DNA of 51,892 nt, counting the filler, from Diploschistes diacapsis (taxonomy: Eukaryota), in the NCBI GenBank assembly GCA_023645945.1. It is 3 parts of 3 records of this genome, joined end to end, with 100 filler letters (N's around TTAATTAATTAA, not from the genome) between each part and the next. Parts side by side here need not be neighbours in the genome. Positions count along the whole stretch, not along the records: positions 1 to 17,279 come from JALAIB010000461.1; positions 17,380 to 34,608 come from JALAIB010000462.1; 1 more part is not named here. One strand, written 5' to 3'. A model generated the notes under the pieces. The model saw only the letters and a list, made by a program, of their open reading frames with translations. It did no database searches and was not told the DNA's origin. Position 1 is the first letter of the stretch, and each line of letters starts with the position of its first letter. Made by a program: the position numbers and the translations under genes. Positions 11,888 to 24,654 of the stretch are shown piece after piece.

Positions 11888-14018
11888 ATGCAGTCGTTTG
11901 ATGACGACCCTGATTTTGGAGGTAGTGCAAGTTCCGAATATATTTCATAGCTGCTGACAGTTTTCAGGCTCGCAAGATGGAAGTTCTGAAGATGATCAAA
12001 ATTATCAAGCCGAGGAAGCTGAAGAAGACGCAGAAGCCGAGGAAGAGGGGGATGCGGACGAGGACGACGATGGAGATGGCGACAGCGATGACAATAACGA
12101 AGGCGACGATTCAATGGTCCTTGACAACCTGCAGACGACATCTGTAGATCAGAAGTCGAAGACATCAACGCAGGCTGGCCCTATTCCGACTTCACTGGGC
12201 CAGACTCCAAACCTCGCACCCACTTCCCAATCAGGGCCTATGGTACCTTTGCCCGAGCGCCCACCGCAGTCAGGTCCTTCAAATACCCAGCTGGGATCAT
12301 TGTATCCGACTATCAGGCCCGAGGCGCTGTCCGCCTCGGTCTACGACATTGTGCCAACCATTGCAGCACCTCAAAGCACTTCGATCAATACCGTGACAGC
12401 GACTCCTGATTTCCGCTGGGTCTTCTCTGGCGGATCAGATGGCTATATAAGGAAATTCAACTGGGTCGACACCGTGAACGGCAAGCTTATGCTCACCGTA
12501 GCGCAAAGGCACCCGTTTGTCGAAAGCGTTGTTAAGGCCGGAGTTCTATCAAGCTATTGGGGAAACGAGGAGCCAACTACAGAAGCCGGCGAATACGGGT
12601 CGGCCCTTTCACCTGTATATTCGCTTGCTGTTCACCGGCAAGCCTTATGGTTATTGTCTGGGCTTGAGTCTGGGGGCATTAACCTGCAATCAGTACGTCA
12701 TGAAGAGGGAAAGCGGATCCATTGTTTACGAAAGCACACATCTGCAGTATCCGTGCTGAACCTAGCTCAGGACGGGAAGTCTGTACTTTCCGGAAGCTGG
12801 GACAAAACTGTTCTCGATTGGGATCTGAATACCGGCCAAGCAAGGAGAAGCTTTGACGGTGGCGCTGGCCAGATTTCGGCTATTGAGATGCGACCTATTT
12901 CTTCCTTGCCAGTGCCAGAGACGGCCAAAGATAATTTCTTTGAGAGCCACACTCTAGCTTCTGATACCGCGAATCAACCAAAAACTAACGGCACGCATAC
13001 TGATGGCAATGAAGCGGTAATAAATGCAGATAATCAACAGGATGGGCTACCTGTTTCTACCCCTTCGCCTACCGATTCTTTGTTTGGCGGCAACGATAAT
13101 GATTCTCTTTTTAGCGATCATGCAGACGATGGTTTAGGCAACGGTGGTGGACCGTCGTTCGGGGACGACTACGATGACGAATTCACACGTGCTATCAACA
13201 GTGGGATACAGCAAAACGCAGACGATGATGCAACGGCAGATGTAAACATGATGAACGCGAATGGAACTGAGGGAGATCCCTTCCTCAATGGTTTACTGGA
13301 GCCTAAGCCCACCGAGAACGGACCTATGAATACAAATGGGAGTCAAACTCCAACGGACCCGGTGCCAGCAGTATCAAACGGCCTTCCACATGCAGAAGAT
13401 ACCGAGATGCAGGATGTGCTCAAAAGCGAAGCCAAGGGTGCTACGGATGACGATCAACCGCTGGCGGATACGGTTTTTTTGGCTTCGTCGATAAACGGCA
13501 GTCTTCGGATCTGGGATAAGAGGAAGCCGACTGCTGTTGCAAAGCTCCTTGCAAAGAATGTGCCGCCCTGGTGTATGGGAGCCTGCTGGTCTCCGGATGG
13601 CAACTTCATTTACGCGGGTCGTAGAAACGGGACGGTCGAGGAGTTCAGTCTACATAAAGGCCTCAGGGGCGCGGAACGCACCTTCAGATTTCCCCAAGGC
13701 AGTGGACCCGTTAGCGCTGTGCGAGCGATGCCAAACGGAAAGCATTTGGTTTGGTAAGTCACAGCAGGTCTGCCATACCTAGCACTACTGATTCTGGGCA
13801 GTGCTTCTTATGATATCCTTCGTCTATATGATCTGCAGCAGTCACAAACCTCCAAACACTCCACCGTGCCATTCTTGATCGTACCAGGACATCGAACAGG
13901 TGTAATATCCCAGCTATACCTGGATGTCACGTGTCGGTTCATGATATCAGCGGCAGGCAACAGAGGGTGGGAGGGCAACTCGACCCAAGTCCTGTTGGGA
14001 TATGAGGTAAACATATAA
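11888..14018 (+). CDS. spt8: SAGA complex subunit Spt8 (acidic N-terminus, WD40 repeats)
   Basis: Exons 11888-11921, 11968-13753 and 13802-14018 are in frame. Motifs: YDIVPTIAAPQSTSIN, FSGGSDGYIRK, LTVAQRHPF, SGSWDK, PPWCMGACWS, VPFLIVPGH, GNRGW. Confidence 0.9.
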
Positions 14019-15116
14019 GACTGATCATTGGCGGGTGTAGGATTGGAGTCATCGGCGTAACATTTCCTAAAGTGATACCCAGGATCATTGTAACTTGTGT
14101 ATAGTTGATTCACACACGTGTCATATATGTACCCAAATACTCATATGTTCATTCAGGGAAGTAGATTAATTCCCATATGCAAGAACCTCGGGGCCACCTA
14201 ATCGAAATATAGCTGCTAATGTTTAGAGCAAGCTAATATCCCTTCGAAAATGGATCCTGTTATACCATTTATTACCTTGTGATTTGCAGCTATCAAGCCG
14301 TTGTGAGGTATGAGGTTCTGTATATGTATAAATATATATATATATATGGTACATTGGAAAATAGTGGGGTGGGTGTGCGGCTCTTACTAACCTGCACCTG
14401 CCAGCTTCCTTGTTGCCCCACTATCTCGTTTCCACGCGGTGCTGGTCCTGGTGCTGGCCCTTTACTTGTGTGTGTATATGTCTACCACTGTTTCCACGCC
14501 GGCCTAGAGGAAAGCTACAGACAGGATTCGAAAAGGAAATGCTTGCTTGCTTCCTTATTCTGTTTGCTCTTTTTACCTAACTTTCTACACAGCAAAGGCA
14601 TGGCATCCACGAGACAGACATTGCGTCACGCGTTATGGACGCATTTCAGCCGGAGGAACGATGTGCCGCCAGGTGCTTGCTCTCTCGGACAAACCGTTTT
14701 TCCCTCTTATTGTAGCCGGAACTGCCACCGCCGGTGCAAAGCGATCATTCAAAATTGCAAGGGAAATTGCCCACCTCTCTGGCCTGCGCTCCTCTCAAAG
14801 TCTCCTCTTTCTGCACCGTTGCTCGAAATCCGTACGCCTCGTTTGACCAGCTTGACCAGCTTGACCCATCCTCAGTTGACACAACCTCATCCATATTTGA
14901 GCTCTTTCTGCTCACAAATCGTTCCCACACCCATTGATTCACTTCCTGCTCTGCTTTACTGGCGACTGGATCAAAGCTACACCCCCTCAGTTGCACGGAC
15001 ACATTTAACCAAAATTGCAACGGCTGTTGGATTTAACAAACTCATCCTTCGATTACCTTGAGCTTCTGTAGCACTCAATCATGTCCAGATAGCACCTGAT
15101 AGGAGAAGATAGTGCA

Positions 15117-17279
15117 ATGTCGCCTCGCCGCTCTTCACGCGCGCGAACCACCACCCAGCTTCCGCCAGCAGTGCCCGCTCACACAAACTCGTCGACGTCT
15201 TCGATATCATCAAGCCGTGCAGAGCGAAGCACCCGATCAAAAGACAAGCCTTCGCCTCCTCAACGCTCTAATCCCCGCTCACAGTCCTTCGACCATCTCG
15301 ACGACCCGGTCAGACCACTACGCCGCACCCGCAGCGGCGCAGAAGAGATCAAGGAACAAAAAGCCAATAACCAGAACGAGGATGAGGAAGACGAGGGTGA
15401 CGAAGAGGAAATCACACGATGCATATGCGGTCACATGGAGTACCCTGGACTCCCAAGCCCGACTCGCGAGCTCCTGAAGCAGCAGGCCAAGGAGCCGGGC
15501 GCAACATACACGCTAGATGCCATTGGTGATGACCTTGGTGGTTTGTTCATACAATGCGATATCTGCAAAGTCTGGCAGCATGGAGGCTGTGTGAGCATTC
15601 TCGACGAATCTTCTGTTCCGGAGGAGTACTTCTGCGAAGAGTGTCGAAGGAACCTACACAAGGTCGCCACATCCCTCTCGGGGTAAGAATGATCATTACT
15701 ACCTCGCAAGTGATTTCTAACGAGCCTCCTAGCCAGAAGTACTCCAATTATCTTCCGCTCAAGGAAGAGCCGTCTCAGCCCACTTCTCCTCAACCTCCGT
15801 CTCGAGAGCGCTCCAAGAGGACGGCCGACAATAAAGGCCGGCAAGCACAAGGGCCAAAGCGAAGAGCGACTATGAATAGTCGAGAGATATACAATGAAGC
15901 CGAGGCCCTTTTGAGGGCAATTGAGGAAAGCAAGAAAGACGGGCCGCCTGGAAGCACCGACGGCTCGAGGAAGAAGCGCAGCAGAAGCGACAGCGAAGAG
16001 TAAGTTCTGTAGATCTTTGCGTGGTCATCTCCTAGGAAGCTTCAAACTCTCTGTTTTACCGTCGCCAAAAGAGCTGCTCGAGGGTTGAGGTGCTGATTCC
16101 CCCTCACAGGCGCAACGGCTCCAGTAAACGTCCACGAACCGGCACCAAGTCCAACTCTCCAGATGCGGACAAGGCAATTGTCTCCAACTCCTCTTCAGAC
16201 GAAGCACTTGCCTCCAAAAGAGAAGTCGAGCACACTCCAAAAAAGAACATTCGAGGCGCTGCCGCCCGGAATCACCAAGCGAAAGAGCTTCGCGAGCAAA
16301 AAGAGCGCGAGCGGCAAGAAGCTGCCGCAAAGCGCAAATCGCGCGTCGAGCGCAGACGTGGCGACGGTAAGCTTATTCCTCACCTTCTCTGGCCGCCGTC
16401 AAGCCCGCCCCACTGACCCCTTTCTTCCGACACAGAATCCGATAACCTCGATGACTCTAACCCTCCTCCCATTTCCACCATTTCCACCCCTCCTGCCATC
16501 GACGCCCCTCAGCCACGCTCTTCCCACCGCAAACCAGGCCGCAACCTCGCCGCTTCCTCTTCTACCATAATCTCGCCAACAACAAAACCCCCGGCCCGCC
16601 GCACAGGCCGCAATCAGTACACAAAAGACGTTCTGCCCCCCTCATCCCTCTCCAACACCCTCGATCCGAACATCGATTCCCGCAACGGTGGCTCCGGTGC
16701 AGCAGGCGCGCGTACGCGCTCACGCAGCCGTTCGAACGCACGGGAGCTTGAAAGCCCTGGGTACGGCGGCGCTGCAGGTACAAACGGGACGAGCCACAGT
16801 GGTGGTGCCGGACCTGGTGGTGGCGGAACCGGAAGCGGCGCGGCAGGTGTCAATGGACTGCCGAGTAGTGGTGCAGGTGGGGATATCAGAAGCAGGCCCT
16901 CGCGTCCAAAACACATGAACCCCAACCGCACGAGCATGAACGAGATGAAGAAGCGCGTGGCGGCCATATTGGAGTTTGTCAACCGTGCGGAGGAAGAAGG
17001 CCCGCGGCGAAACAGAGCCAACACAAACAAGAGCTTGGGGGGGTCAAGCAGCAACAGCGTTGCTGCTGCCCCCACCGCGGGCGCTGTGGGCAAAGACGAA
17101 GACGGCGGCAGCAGTACTACGAGCGGCAGCCTCTCCGGCGGCCTGCCCGACGGGTACAAGAGCCTGGTCGCAAGGGCTGAGGCGGGGCTCGACTTCGGCA
17201 CCCTGGACGCGCGGGAGATGCTGCGGGCGCTCAAGGCGAGGCTGGTCAGTTGGGAGGACGAATACGGGAGGTATGGAGG
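15117..17279 (+). CDS. cti6: PHD-finger Rpd3L/HDAC-associated protein Cti6; 3' end cut by assembly spacer
   Basis: Introns 15683-15732, 16000-16109 and 16367-16435 keep the frame. PHD finger TRCICG...FIQCDICKVWQHGGCV...YFCEEC. C-terminal motif RTSMNEMKKRVAAILEFV. Confidence 0.8.
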
Positions 17280-17379
17280 NNNNNNNNNNNNNNNNNNNNN
17301 NNNNNNNNNNNNNNNNNNNNNNNTTAATTAATTAANNNNNNNNNNNNNNNNNNNNNNNNNNNNNNNNNNNNNNNNNNNN
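17280..17379. other. Artificial contig-joining spacer
   Basis: 44 N + TTAATTAATTAA (stops in all six frames) + 44 N. An identical copy lies at 34609-34708. Confidence 0.97.
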
Positions 17380-17521
17380 TGCTGGAGCTGCGGGAGGGGT
17401 TTCTTGGTCAAGTGGGACGGGAAGGGAAGGGAGGAGCGGAACCTTTTTTGACGGCCTTTTGCTTGTCGGCTTTGCGCTGGGCGGCGGCCGGGTTGAGGGT
17501 CTTTTCCCGGTCTTTGGGCAT
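17380..17521 (-). CDS. 5' fragment of a WW-domain-binding protein 11 (Wbp11)-like splicing factor; remainder lost at the spacer
   Basis: ATG 17521 gives MPKDREKTLNPAAAQRKADKQKAVKK, then a GT donor at 17442. This matches my recollection of the fungal Wbp11 N-terminus (NPAxAQRKxxKxKxxKK). It is not in the ORF track. Confidence 0.65.
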
Positions 17522-18787
17522 GGCTTGTGAGGCGACTTGTGGCTGGGGGATACCTTGCTAGATGTAGGGTTTCCAAGAGGGGGGAGAAACGGTGGAGGGC
17601 TACTAAATTGACTAGGTGGGTTACAAGGCGTGTCTTTAAAAACTGTACAGCTATTATGCTGTTATACCAACTCCGTTATTGCAAGCGAGAAAGAAGTATG
17701 AGTCAGACAGCTCGTAGGGCTTAGCGTGCTTTTCTGGAATATATATACTCGGCCACCCCTCCTGCTCTGCAAACTTTCTTCTTCATACTTACCTTCTTGC
17801 ATTGTCCCAGGTCAAGATGTGGGATCAATACAAGACGAGTCCTTCATTGCACATCGAGGCGACAAGTCTTGTCGAGTGTCCTTCGGGGCCCTCGGCGGGG
17901 GAATTTTTGATGGTCTTCTCTTTCTTGGAGAATCTTTTCATCCAAGCTCGAACCTTGAGCTCTTCTTGGAGGGAAAGTCTTATGTGCTTACTACATGCAG
18001 TTGCCTGTTGTCTGTTGTAAGTAGATACAAGCGGATGGATCAAGTGGATGGTGCTGTCATGGATAGAAAGTTGAAAAGCAAATGTTGTGACGAGACGAAA
18101 GAGTTTTCATGGTCTATTGGTGGAGAGCCATAAGATGGAACAGGAAACCCCAAGGCTTGCTACTCAAGGGCACATGGGACCTCTGGCTGTTCTCTATCGC
18201 ACGTAGCTAGCTAGCTATCTATATTTTGACTCTCGGCGTCCCACTATTTCCTACTACCTACAGAGTAAGCTCGGATCTCTTGCCTACCCTTGTGTGTGTG
18301 TGTGTCACCGTTTCGTGTTGTACTCAGGCCTCCAGGAACCACTCATTGCTGTGGATGCTGGGTCCAAGGAGAGTTTGCAAAGGCGCCTGTGCAAGTCATC
18401 CGCTTCATCTTCCACTAATTGTATATATGTCTGTAATAATGCGCCGTAGGGTATCTACAGTGTAGTGAGGGGATAAGGGAACATGCCAACCAAGACCCGA
18501 GCACCGACGAAGCAATGAGAGCGAGTCCTCTGTAGCTGAGCAAGTGTACCAATTTAACAAGCTTGGATTGGGGGTGGCCGGGAACGACCCAAGTCGGAAG
18601 ACACAGTCAAGTTGTTTCTAGATTGAGTTGGTTGTGCTACCGGTACAAGACATGCTGGTCATTTCTCTCCTAGTCTTGCCGACACATTCTGGGCAATTGC
18701 CACCATCCTAGTACTCCGTAAATCCTTCCAACCATAAGTTAAACCGCAACACTCGGATCGTTCAAGCCTGCCAAACCCTCCAAAAAC

Positions 18788-20703
18788 TTAGTTGGCCATG
18801 TACGTGCTAGCATCGATGCCGCCTTCGGGGAATTCGCTGCACAATGTTAACCGGGTTTGGAAAGAGGCAGAGACGTGGGCAACTTACGGCAACGCAACAT
18901 CGAACCGCTTTTCAATCTGCTTGAGCACAGTCTGATCGTCCTCGCTGCTGACAAACGAGATACTAAGGCCCTTGGTTCCAAAACGGCCTGCACGACCGAC
19001 TCGGTGCAGATAAGAGTCGGCGTCGCCGGGCAGGTCGTAGTTGATAGCGAGGTTGATGCGCTCGATATCAATGCCGCGGCCAAAGACGTCGGTTGCAACG
19101 CAGATACGAGTCTGGAACTCCTTGAATTCCTTGTAGCGTTTGATACTGCTGGGCTATTAATGTATGTTCATACCATCAAGGCAGACTATGCCTACCGCTC
19201 CTCCTGGCTGACTCCTGAGTGCACCGCCGTGCTTGGGAAGCCGCATTCTTTTAGAATCTTGTCAAGCTCGGTGGCTCTCAGCGTGCTCTTGACGAAGATG
19301 ATAACCTGGTTGAACTCCAGAGTATCGAGGAGATCGTTGAGCTTCCGGTTCTTCTCGCCCTCACTCAATTTGATGTAGTACTGCTGAAGACCGTGGAGCG
19401 TGAGCTTGGTCTCGTCGTCTACGTAGATCTCCAAAGGATTCTGCATGAACTTCTTGCAGATGGGGCGGACCTCCTGCGACAGGGTAGCCGAAAACATCAT
19501 GACCTGTTTCTGGGTAGGTGTAGCACGGAAAATATCCTGGACATCGCGACGCATGTCTTGAATTTGATCAGCAAGGGCCCCAGTCCAGTGCAAGCCGGAA
19601 CATACCGATCTGGTCAAGCATCTTGTCACATTCGTCCAGTACAAAGACCTTGATGTTGGCTAGACGAAGCTTCTTATCACGAACGAGCGCATTGAGACGA
19701 CCAGGAGTACCGACAATGATATGGGGGTGGGTATCCTTGTTGGCGAGAGTCTCGACATCTTTCTGCATGGGCGTCCCACCGTAGAAAACGCCGGTCTTGA
19801 TCTCGGGCAGGTACTTGCTGAAGCGGTTGTACTCGTTCCTTATTTGGTACGCCAACTCACGAGTGTGGCACATGACGAGAACCACGCATTCTCCCGGAAC
19901 CGGATCGACTTGTTGCAGAGTAGTAAGCACGAAAACCGCAGTCTTGCCAAGACCGGATTTTGCCTGGCAGATAACATCGGTTCCAAGGATACCCTGAGGA
20001 ATGCAGACTTGCTGAACTGTGAGGTAATCGATGTCAGATTGTGATCGCAAAGAGTTTGAAGATATCAAGTCCAAAGCGTGCGTCCGTCCATCTCGTTTGG
20101 TTGAAACATCCCATATCGTAAAACATTGTCCCCACGTATTCTCTACTCGTCACTCGAGGTCTTTGTGCAGATCAACAAGCTCCGAGGCAACCCCTAAGGG
20201 TGAGCCGCATGCGAGGTTTGTCTAATGCTTAAAGACTTGCACCATAGTGTCTTCCTTCTGCTATCCCTTATAATATACACCAAGAGCTCTTAGCTGGTGA
20301 CGGCCCACAGCTGGCGCGCATGTCCTGCGTTCGCTGCGCCCCTGTAACAATTCCATGGAGACGCTTGCCAAGCAAAAAACTCTTGTTGCTGAGATGGACG
20401 GACGCTTTGGACATTTTCGAGACGACAGGCTGGGAAAAGAATGTTTGACTAACCCTCCGAAGGATGCTCGAAGCCGCAGTCCGTAATGGCGCGAAGCAGC
20501 TCAGGCTTCAACAAGAAGTCGCGGAATCCAGTGGAGTGAATGCCAACATAACTGCCCTTCGACTTGTCTGCGGCAGCTCCGGATACTGTGAGGTCACCTT
20601 TCTTTGCAGCACCGTTGGTCTCGGTTGTAGCTGCGGCCGGCGCGGCCTCGTTGGCTTGCAGCTCCTCGTCGGAGTAGTCAATGAGATCTTCCTCGTGAGA
20701 CAT
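18788..20703 (-). CDS. sub2: DECD-box RNA helicase Sub2/UAP56
   Basis: Exons 20703-20454, 20016-19606, 19556-19196, 19145-18888 and 18836-18788. Motifs: [45 protein letters not shown]. Confidence 0.96.
20069..20412 (-). repeat. Inverted repeat inside sub2 intron 1 (22-bp helix with a 4-nt bulge)
   Basis: GTCCAAAGCGT[GCGT]CCGTCCATCTC (20069-20094) is the reverse complement of GAGATGGACGGACGCTTTGGAC (20391-20412), apart from the bracketed bulge. Confidence 0.85.
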
Positions 20704-21166
20704 CTTGAATTCGTAAGAGATTGGTTAAGAGAACAGAGTAAAAATTCGGTTGCTGTAGACGGACAAAGGGCCCTGGTGATTGTGTGGTACGGTTTTGATA
20801 GAGGGATGGAGAAGAAATTCAAATTGATCGAAGAGGTTCAAAGGAACACGTATTGTCGCGCTTTCAATATGGGCTGATCAGCACTCAGATGTGGATGTCT
20901 GGATAAGCAGAGAGGGAGGGAAAGTCAACGATTGTTGAAAGGCTGGAGAAGGCTGAAAGGTTGAATGCGATGCAAGCGGAAGCTTCAAATTTTTTGCATC
21001 TTGACTTGCTAACCCTTTTAGGGTTAGTGCAGTTGACCTTCAATATCACTTCAACTTGAAATTGATTCACCGTGGTCACCAATGTCTTAAAAGATGTTAT
21101 TAGAGTGCAGTGTTGCTGGGTAGTACAATTTTGCTGTTTTTATTACTGGTACGAGCTCAAGGCACC

Positions 21167-21613
21167 ATGAAGTCGAAACCAGGATCGGGCAGTGTCCCTA
21201 ACAAGCACCTTCACTCCCGAGTAAGCTTCCTATTTCAAGCCGCCACTCTCTTAAACAAAACACGTGGGAAAGAGCCAGGAAAATGCAAGGGCTCAGAGAT
21301 CGATGAACTATATATACGAAACCCTGAGCTTGGGTCTGGCATCTCACGTCAATTGATCTCACACCTTCGTGGAGTATCCCTGAAAGCTCAAATGCGTCTA
21401 GCTCCTTCTATAAAGCATGCCATCTGCAAACGCTGCGATACGCTGCTGAAGGACGGCTCTACTTTGAGAACTTACGTCGAAAACAAGAGTCATGATAGGA
21501 AGAAGCCCTGGGCAGATGTACTCGTTCATGAGTGCACTCAATGTGGAACCATCAGGCGCTTTCCAGTTGGAGCGAAACGACAACCTCGCAGGCAAAAGCG
21601 TCCAGCCAAGTGA
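21167..21613 (+). CDS. rpr2: RNase P subunit Rpr2/Rpp21
   Basis: HLHSRVSFLFQAA and LRGVSLKAQMRL...KHAICKRC...ECTQCG zinc-ribbon pattern. Transcribed divergently from sub2. Confidence 0.85.
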   Translation: MKSKPGSGSVPNKHLHSRVSFLFQAATLLNKTRGKEPGKCKGSEIDELYIRNPELGSGISRQLISHLRGVSLKAQMRLAPSIKHAICKRCDTLLKDGSTLRTYVENKSHDRKKPWADVLVHECTQCGTIRRFPVGAKRQPRRQKRPAK

Positions 21614-21771
21614 TGAAACAGCTCAATCCAGCGAGCGTAACATGGCTTAGAGAACTGCGGGTTCAGCAGCTGCTGATAGAGCCTCATCGTGCCAACAGCA
21701 GAATTGATATTCATTGCACAGGGCACCGTGCAACGCCATCGGAAGGCACGATGCGGTAGCTGTCAGAGGCC

Positions 21772-23239
21772 TTAATTATCACCTTCTTCATCATCATCAT
21801 CTTCTTCTTCTGGAGCGTCCGCATTGTTCTCCCCGTCTTCCTCCGAATCATCTTCATCATCGTTGCTATGCTCCTGATCCGGATCAGGCATCACTACGCC
21901 GTTGAGGTAAGTAACCTGCTATCGGTTAGCCTGAGATCTTCTGGAACGTATATTCTAACTTACAAAAGGCGTCAGTGTCCCTAGGAGATCTACAACTTTA
22001 CCAAGACCTCCCGAACCCAGGACCTCATCATCTTTGAGCTTCCGGCCTATGGTATAATTACGAAGCCGAAGAAGCTCGATATCGAGATGATCTTGCGCAT
22101 AGCCCTAACACAGGTGAGACAAATAACGACCGATGTCGAAGATAAACTCTGACCTTTGGATGCCGCTTTAATGCATTCTCAGCATTATGCTCGCAAAATG
22201 TCTTTACCACTTTCTTTTCATCATCTTTGATTCCGCCAAAGAAATTCTTCCTTATCTCCCGATCCCTAAGCACACTTTTCAATTTCCTTGCCTTCCCGTC
22301 CACCGCTCTTCTCAATTTTCGTAGAGGCTCCGCTTCCGGACACCATAAACCCCCACCTACAAAACTATTACCTGGCGCAATTTGCACGTAATAGGCCGCA
22401 TATGGGCCCTTTCTTCCCGTCCTACTCCACGCCGCTGAGAAATGCGTCTTATATGGCGTCGGATCACTGCTAAATCTGACATCCCTGTATATCCTAAACA
22501 CCAGATCCTTTGGCGGTAGGTCTGGAATCGTCTCGTCCTTTTCCGTAAGTCTTTCAGTAACAGCTTCTACGAAGCTCTTCCAATCCTTCTCCGACTGGCG
22601 GAAATCCCTATCATGCACCTTCAGCCACGCACGCTCGTTGTTACGCTTCAGATCGCCCAAGAAGAGCAACGTATTCGGGTGCAGCGTATGGTCCTGATAC
22701 GGAGTCTTCCCCGGCGACCGTGCTCTAGGCAGAGTAATAAAGACCTCCCCTTCCCCCTCAACCTTAACACCTTCCTTCCACAACTCTTTATCCTTGGCGC
22801 TCTTGCCAGCAACACCCATAGCCGCGGCCGCGGAAGCAGGTACCAGCATTTTCTTACCCCTCCCTCCAGCGCCTCTTTTCTTTGCCTTCCCACTCCGACG
22901 AACGTCATCTTCCTCAGACGCATACTCCTCGCTCTCGTCCGCACTCGGCTCGGCCGAGGATACTGCGGAGGCTTCCTCGTCCTCGTAGCCCGACCCCTCG
23001 TTCTCGATCTCAGACTCGCTCTCAGCGACCGAGCCCTCGGTGTCTTGCTCAAAGTAGACGCTCTTTTTCGGCGTGGAGGTCTTGGTGCTGGCGGGCGTTT
23101 GCAAGGTGGAGTTTATGCGCTTCGACTGGCGCAAAGGGGTGACAGGGGATGCTGCGCGACGTTTGAGGGGGGTTGATTTGGTGGAGGCGGTTGCTGCGGA
23201 GGAGGTTGGTTTCGAAGTGCGGCCGCGTGGGCGGGCCAT
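21772..23239 (-). CDS. DUF2461-family conserved protein with low-complexity acidic termini
   Basis: Motifs FLGDLKRNNERAW, FRIYRDVRFSSDPTPYK, WSRTGRKG, GGGLWCP. Two 3' introns extend the ORF through GYAQDHLDIELLRLRN and VTYLNGVVMPD to TAA at 21772. Confidence 0.85.
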
Positions 23240-23989
23240 TGTTAGGACGGATGACGGGGAGTGGGAGGTTATGGGGGCCAGCTTGGAGTTAGGCTTGAAG
23301 TGCGATGACAGGGTGTTCTGTCGGAAAAAAGTGTTTTGGTTTCTTGAAGGGCGATTGTTGTTCGTCTTTTGTTACCCCTTGGTGAGCCCAGTGAGATCTA
23401 TGACCTCATTCAAGGCGGAACGCGACAACGCGTAGAATACTTCTAGTGGCTCTGAACGGGATCCAAGGACATAAACCCACAACAGTGAGCTTTGATGGTC
23501 TGGCACGGACCTCTAAGAGATTACGACCCTATCCAAGTGCACAAGTTACTACCCAGAACGAGATTCATATTTGTTTGTTTTCACGAGACAGGAAAACGGG
23601 AAAAAGTTGCTACGAGATGCTGCATTCAGCGTGAAGTACTTATCAGGGCAGCCCCAAGAAGGATATGCCCTCAAAGGCTAGCTTTAAAGACGCTTATTGG
23701 AGCTGAACCGTAAACGGATAGCCAAATTCAAATTACCCCATGCAGCGGATCAGAAAAGCAATTGTCGGAAACAAAGATAGCGATTCGTACTTGCAGGAGC
23801 AAGTGCCAGCCGTTTCTGGAACTGGCCCTTTGTCGAAGCAACGGCCAATCGAAATGTATGAATTCTGAATGAAATCTAGGACACTCTTTTCACTTTGGGT
23901 TGCTCATACTTTTACAGTCGGGATCGTTGCCATGAACATAGCCTCGATGGTGCGATGTCTCAGCTTTAGTCTCTCCAGTTGGGTTGACG

Positions 23990-24654
23990 ATGTTCTGCAT
24001 CATTGCTCTCAGCATTATTGCTAGTCTGTTTGGTGCTGAGGCAACAGAACCATTCCATGGCTCTATGCTGCTCGCCGCGCCATGGGGAAGTGCGGCAACA
24101 CTACCGATGCCTCTGCAAATCTTGCGGTGACCTTGTGGAGCGAAGCTAAATGCACCGGTACACCTATCTACGTGAATACATATTGCTCCCAGGCGAACCC
24201 CTTCACTTCGAACTATACGAGCATGCCCCTCAGTCGTGCCCTTGTGCAGAGTGAAGAAGTTTTTGCTATTAAGGGTGGCATCATACCTCATAAATCTTTC
24301 GACTATGAGCAACAGAGCATGGTTATGGGGAGTACAAATATGCATGTGATTATCTCCAGCCTGCAGTTAACAATTTCACCAGCCCCTATAATGGGTGCTC
24401 ACCGCTTGTCAACTCCACCCAAGCCACCTGCCTGGTGGTGGCCTCCACTGGTACACAATGTTTCAATGGGACCATGGCCCCTTAAGCCGGCCAAGGTGCC
24501 TTGCAATGCGAACGATACGGCGGGCTTCAACGCGGGCAACTATGCAGTGACTAGAGCACTCCCACATAGCGCTGCATCATCTTCGGCTACCGTACCAGGT
24601 TTAACTAGTACTGCATTAGTTTCCGCTGCTGCATCCCCATCGAATAGCGCCTAG
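23990..24654 (+). pseudogene. Possible decayed small secreted Cys-containing protein
   Basis: A signal-like segment MFCIIALSIIASLFGAEA starts at 23990. A frame change leads to AARRA-MGKCG...AKCTG...YCS. A further Cys-rich stretch (NGCSPLVNSTQATCLVV...QCFN) lies in another frame, and the tail is S/A/T-rich. Confidence 0.35.

Noticed and set aside
14007..14040. Extra terminal intron in spt8
   Set aside because: Only 34 nt long, and the unspliced frame already ends naturally (GYEVNI*).
14279..15061. 260-aa ORF between spt8 and cti6
   Set aside because: Non-ATG start, spans a TA microsatellite, and shows no family motif or codon bias; probably promoter/leader DNA.
17324..17335. Palindromic TTAATTAATTAA as a biological element
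   Set aside because: It is embedded in fixed-length N runs and repeated identically at 34653, so it is an assembly linker.
20017..20453. Intronic box C/D snoRNA in sub2 intron 1
   Set aside because: No TGATGA C box found on the sense strand. An H/ACA RNA is not excluded without a covariance-model search.
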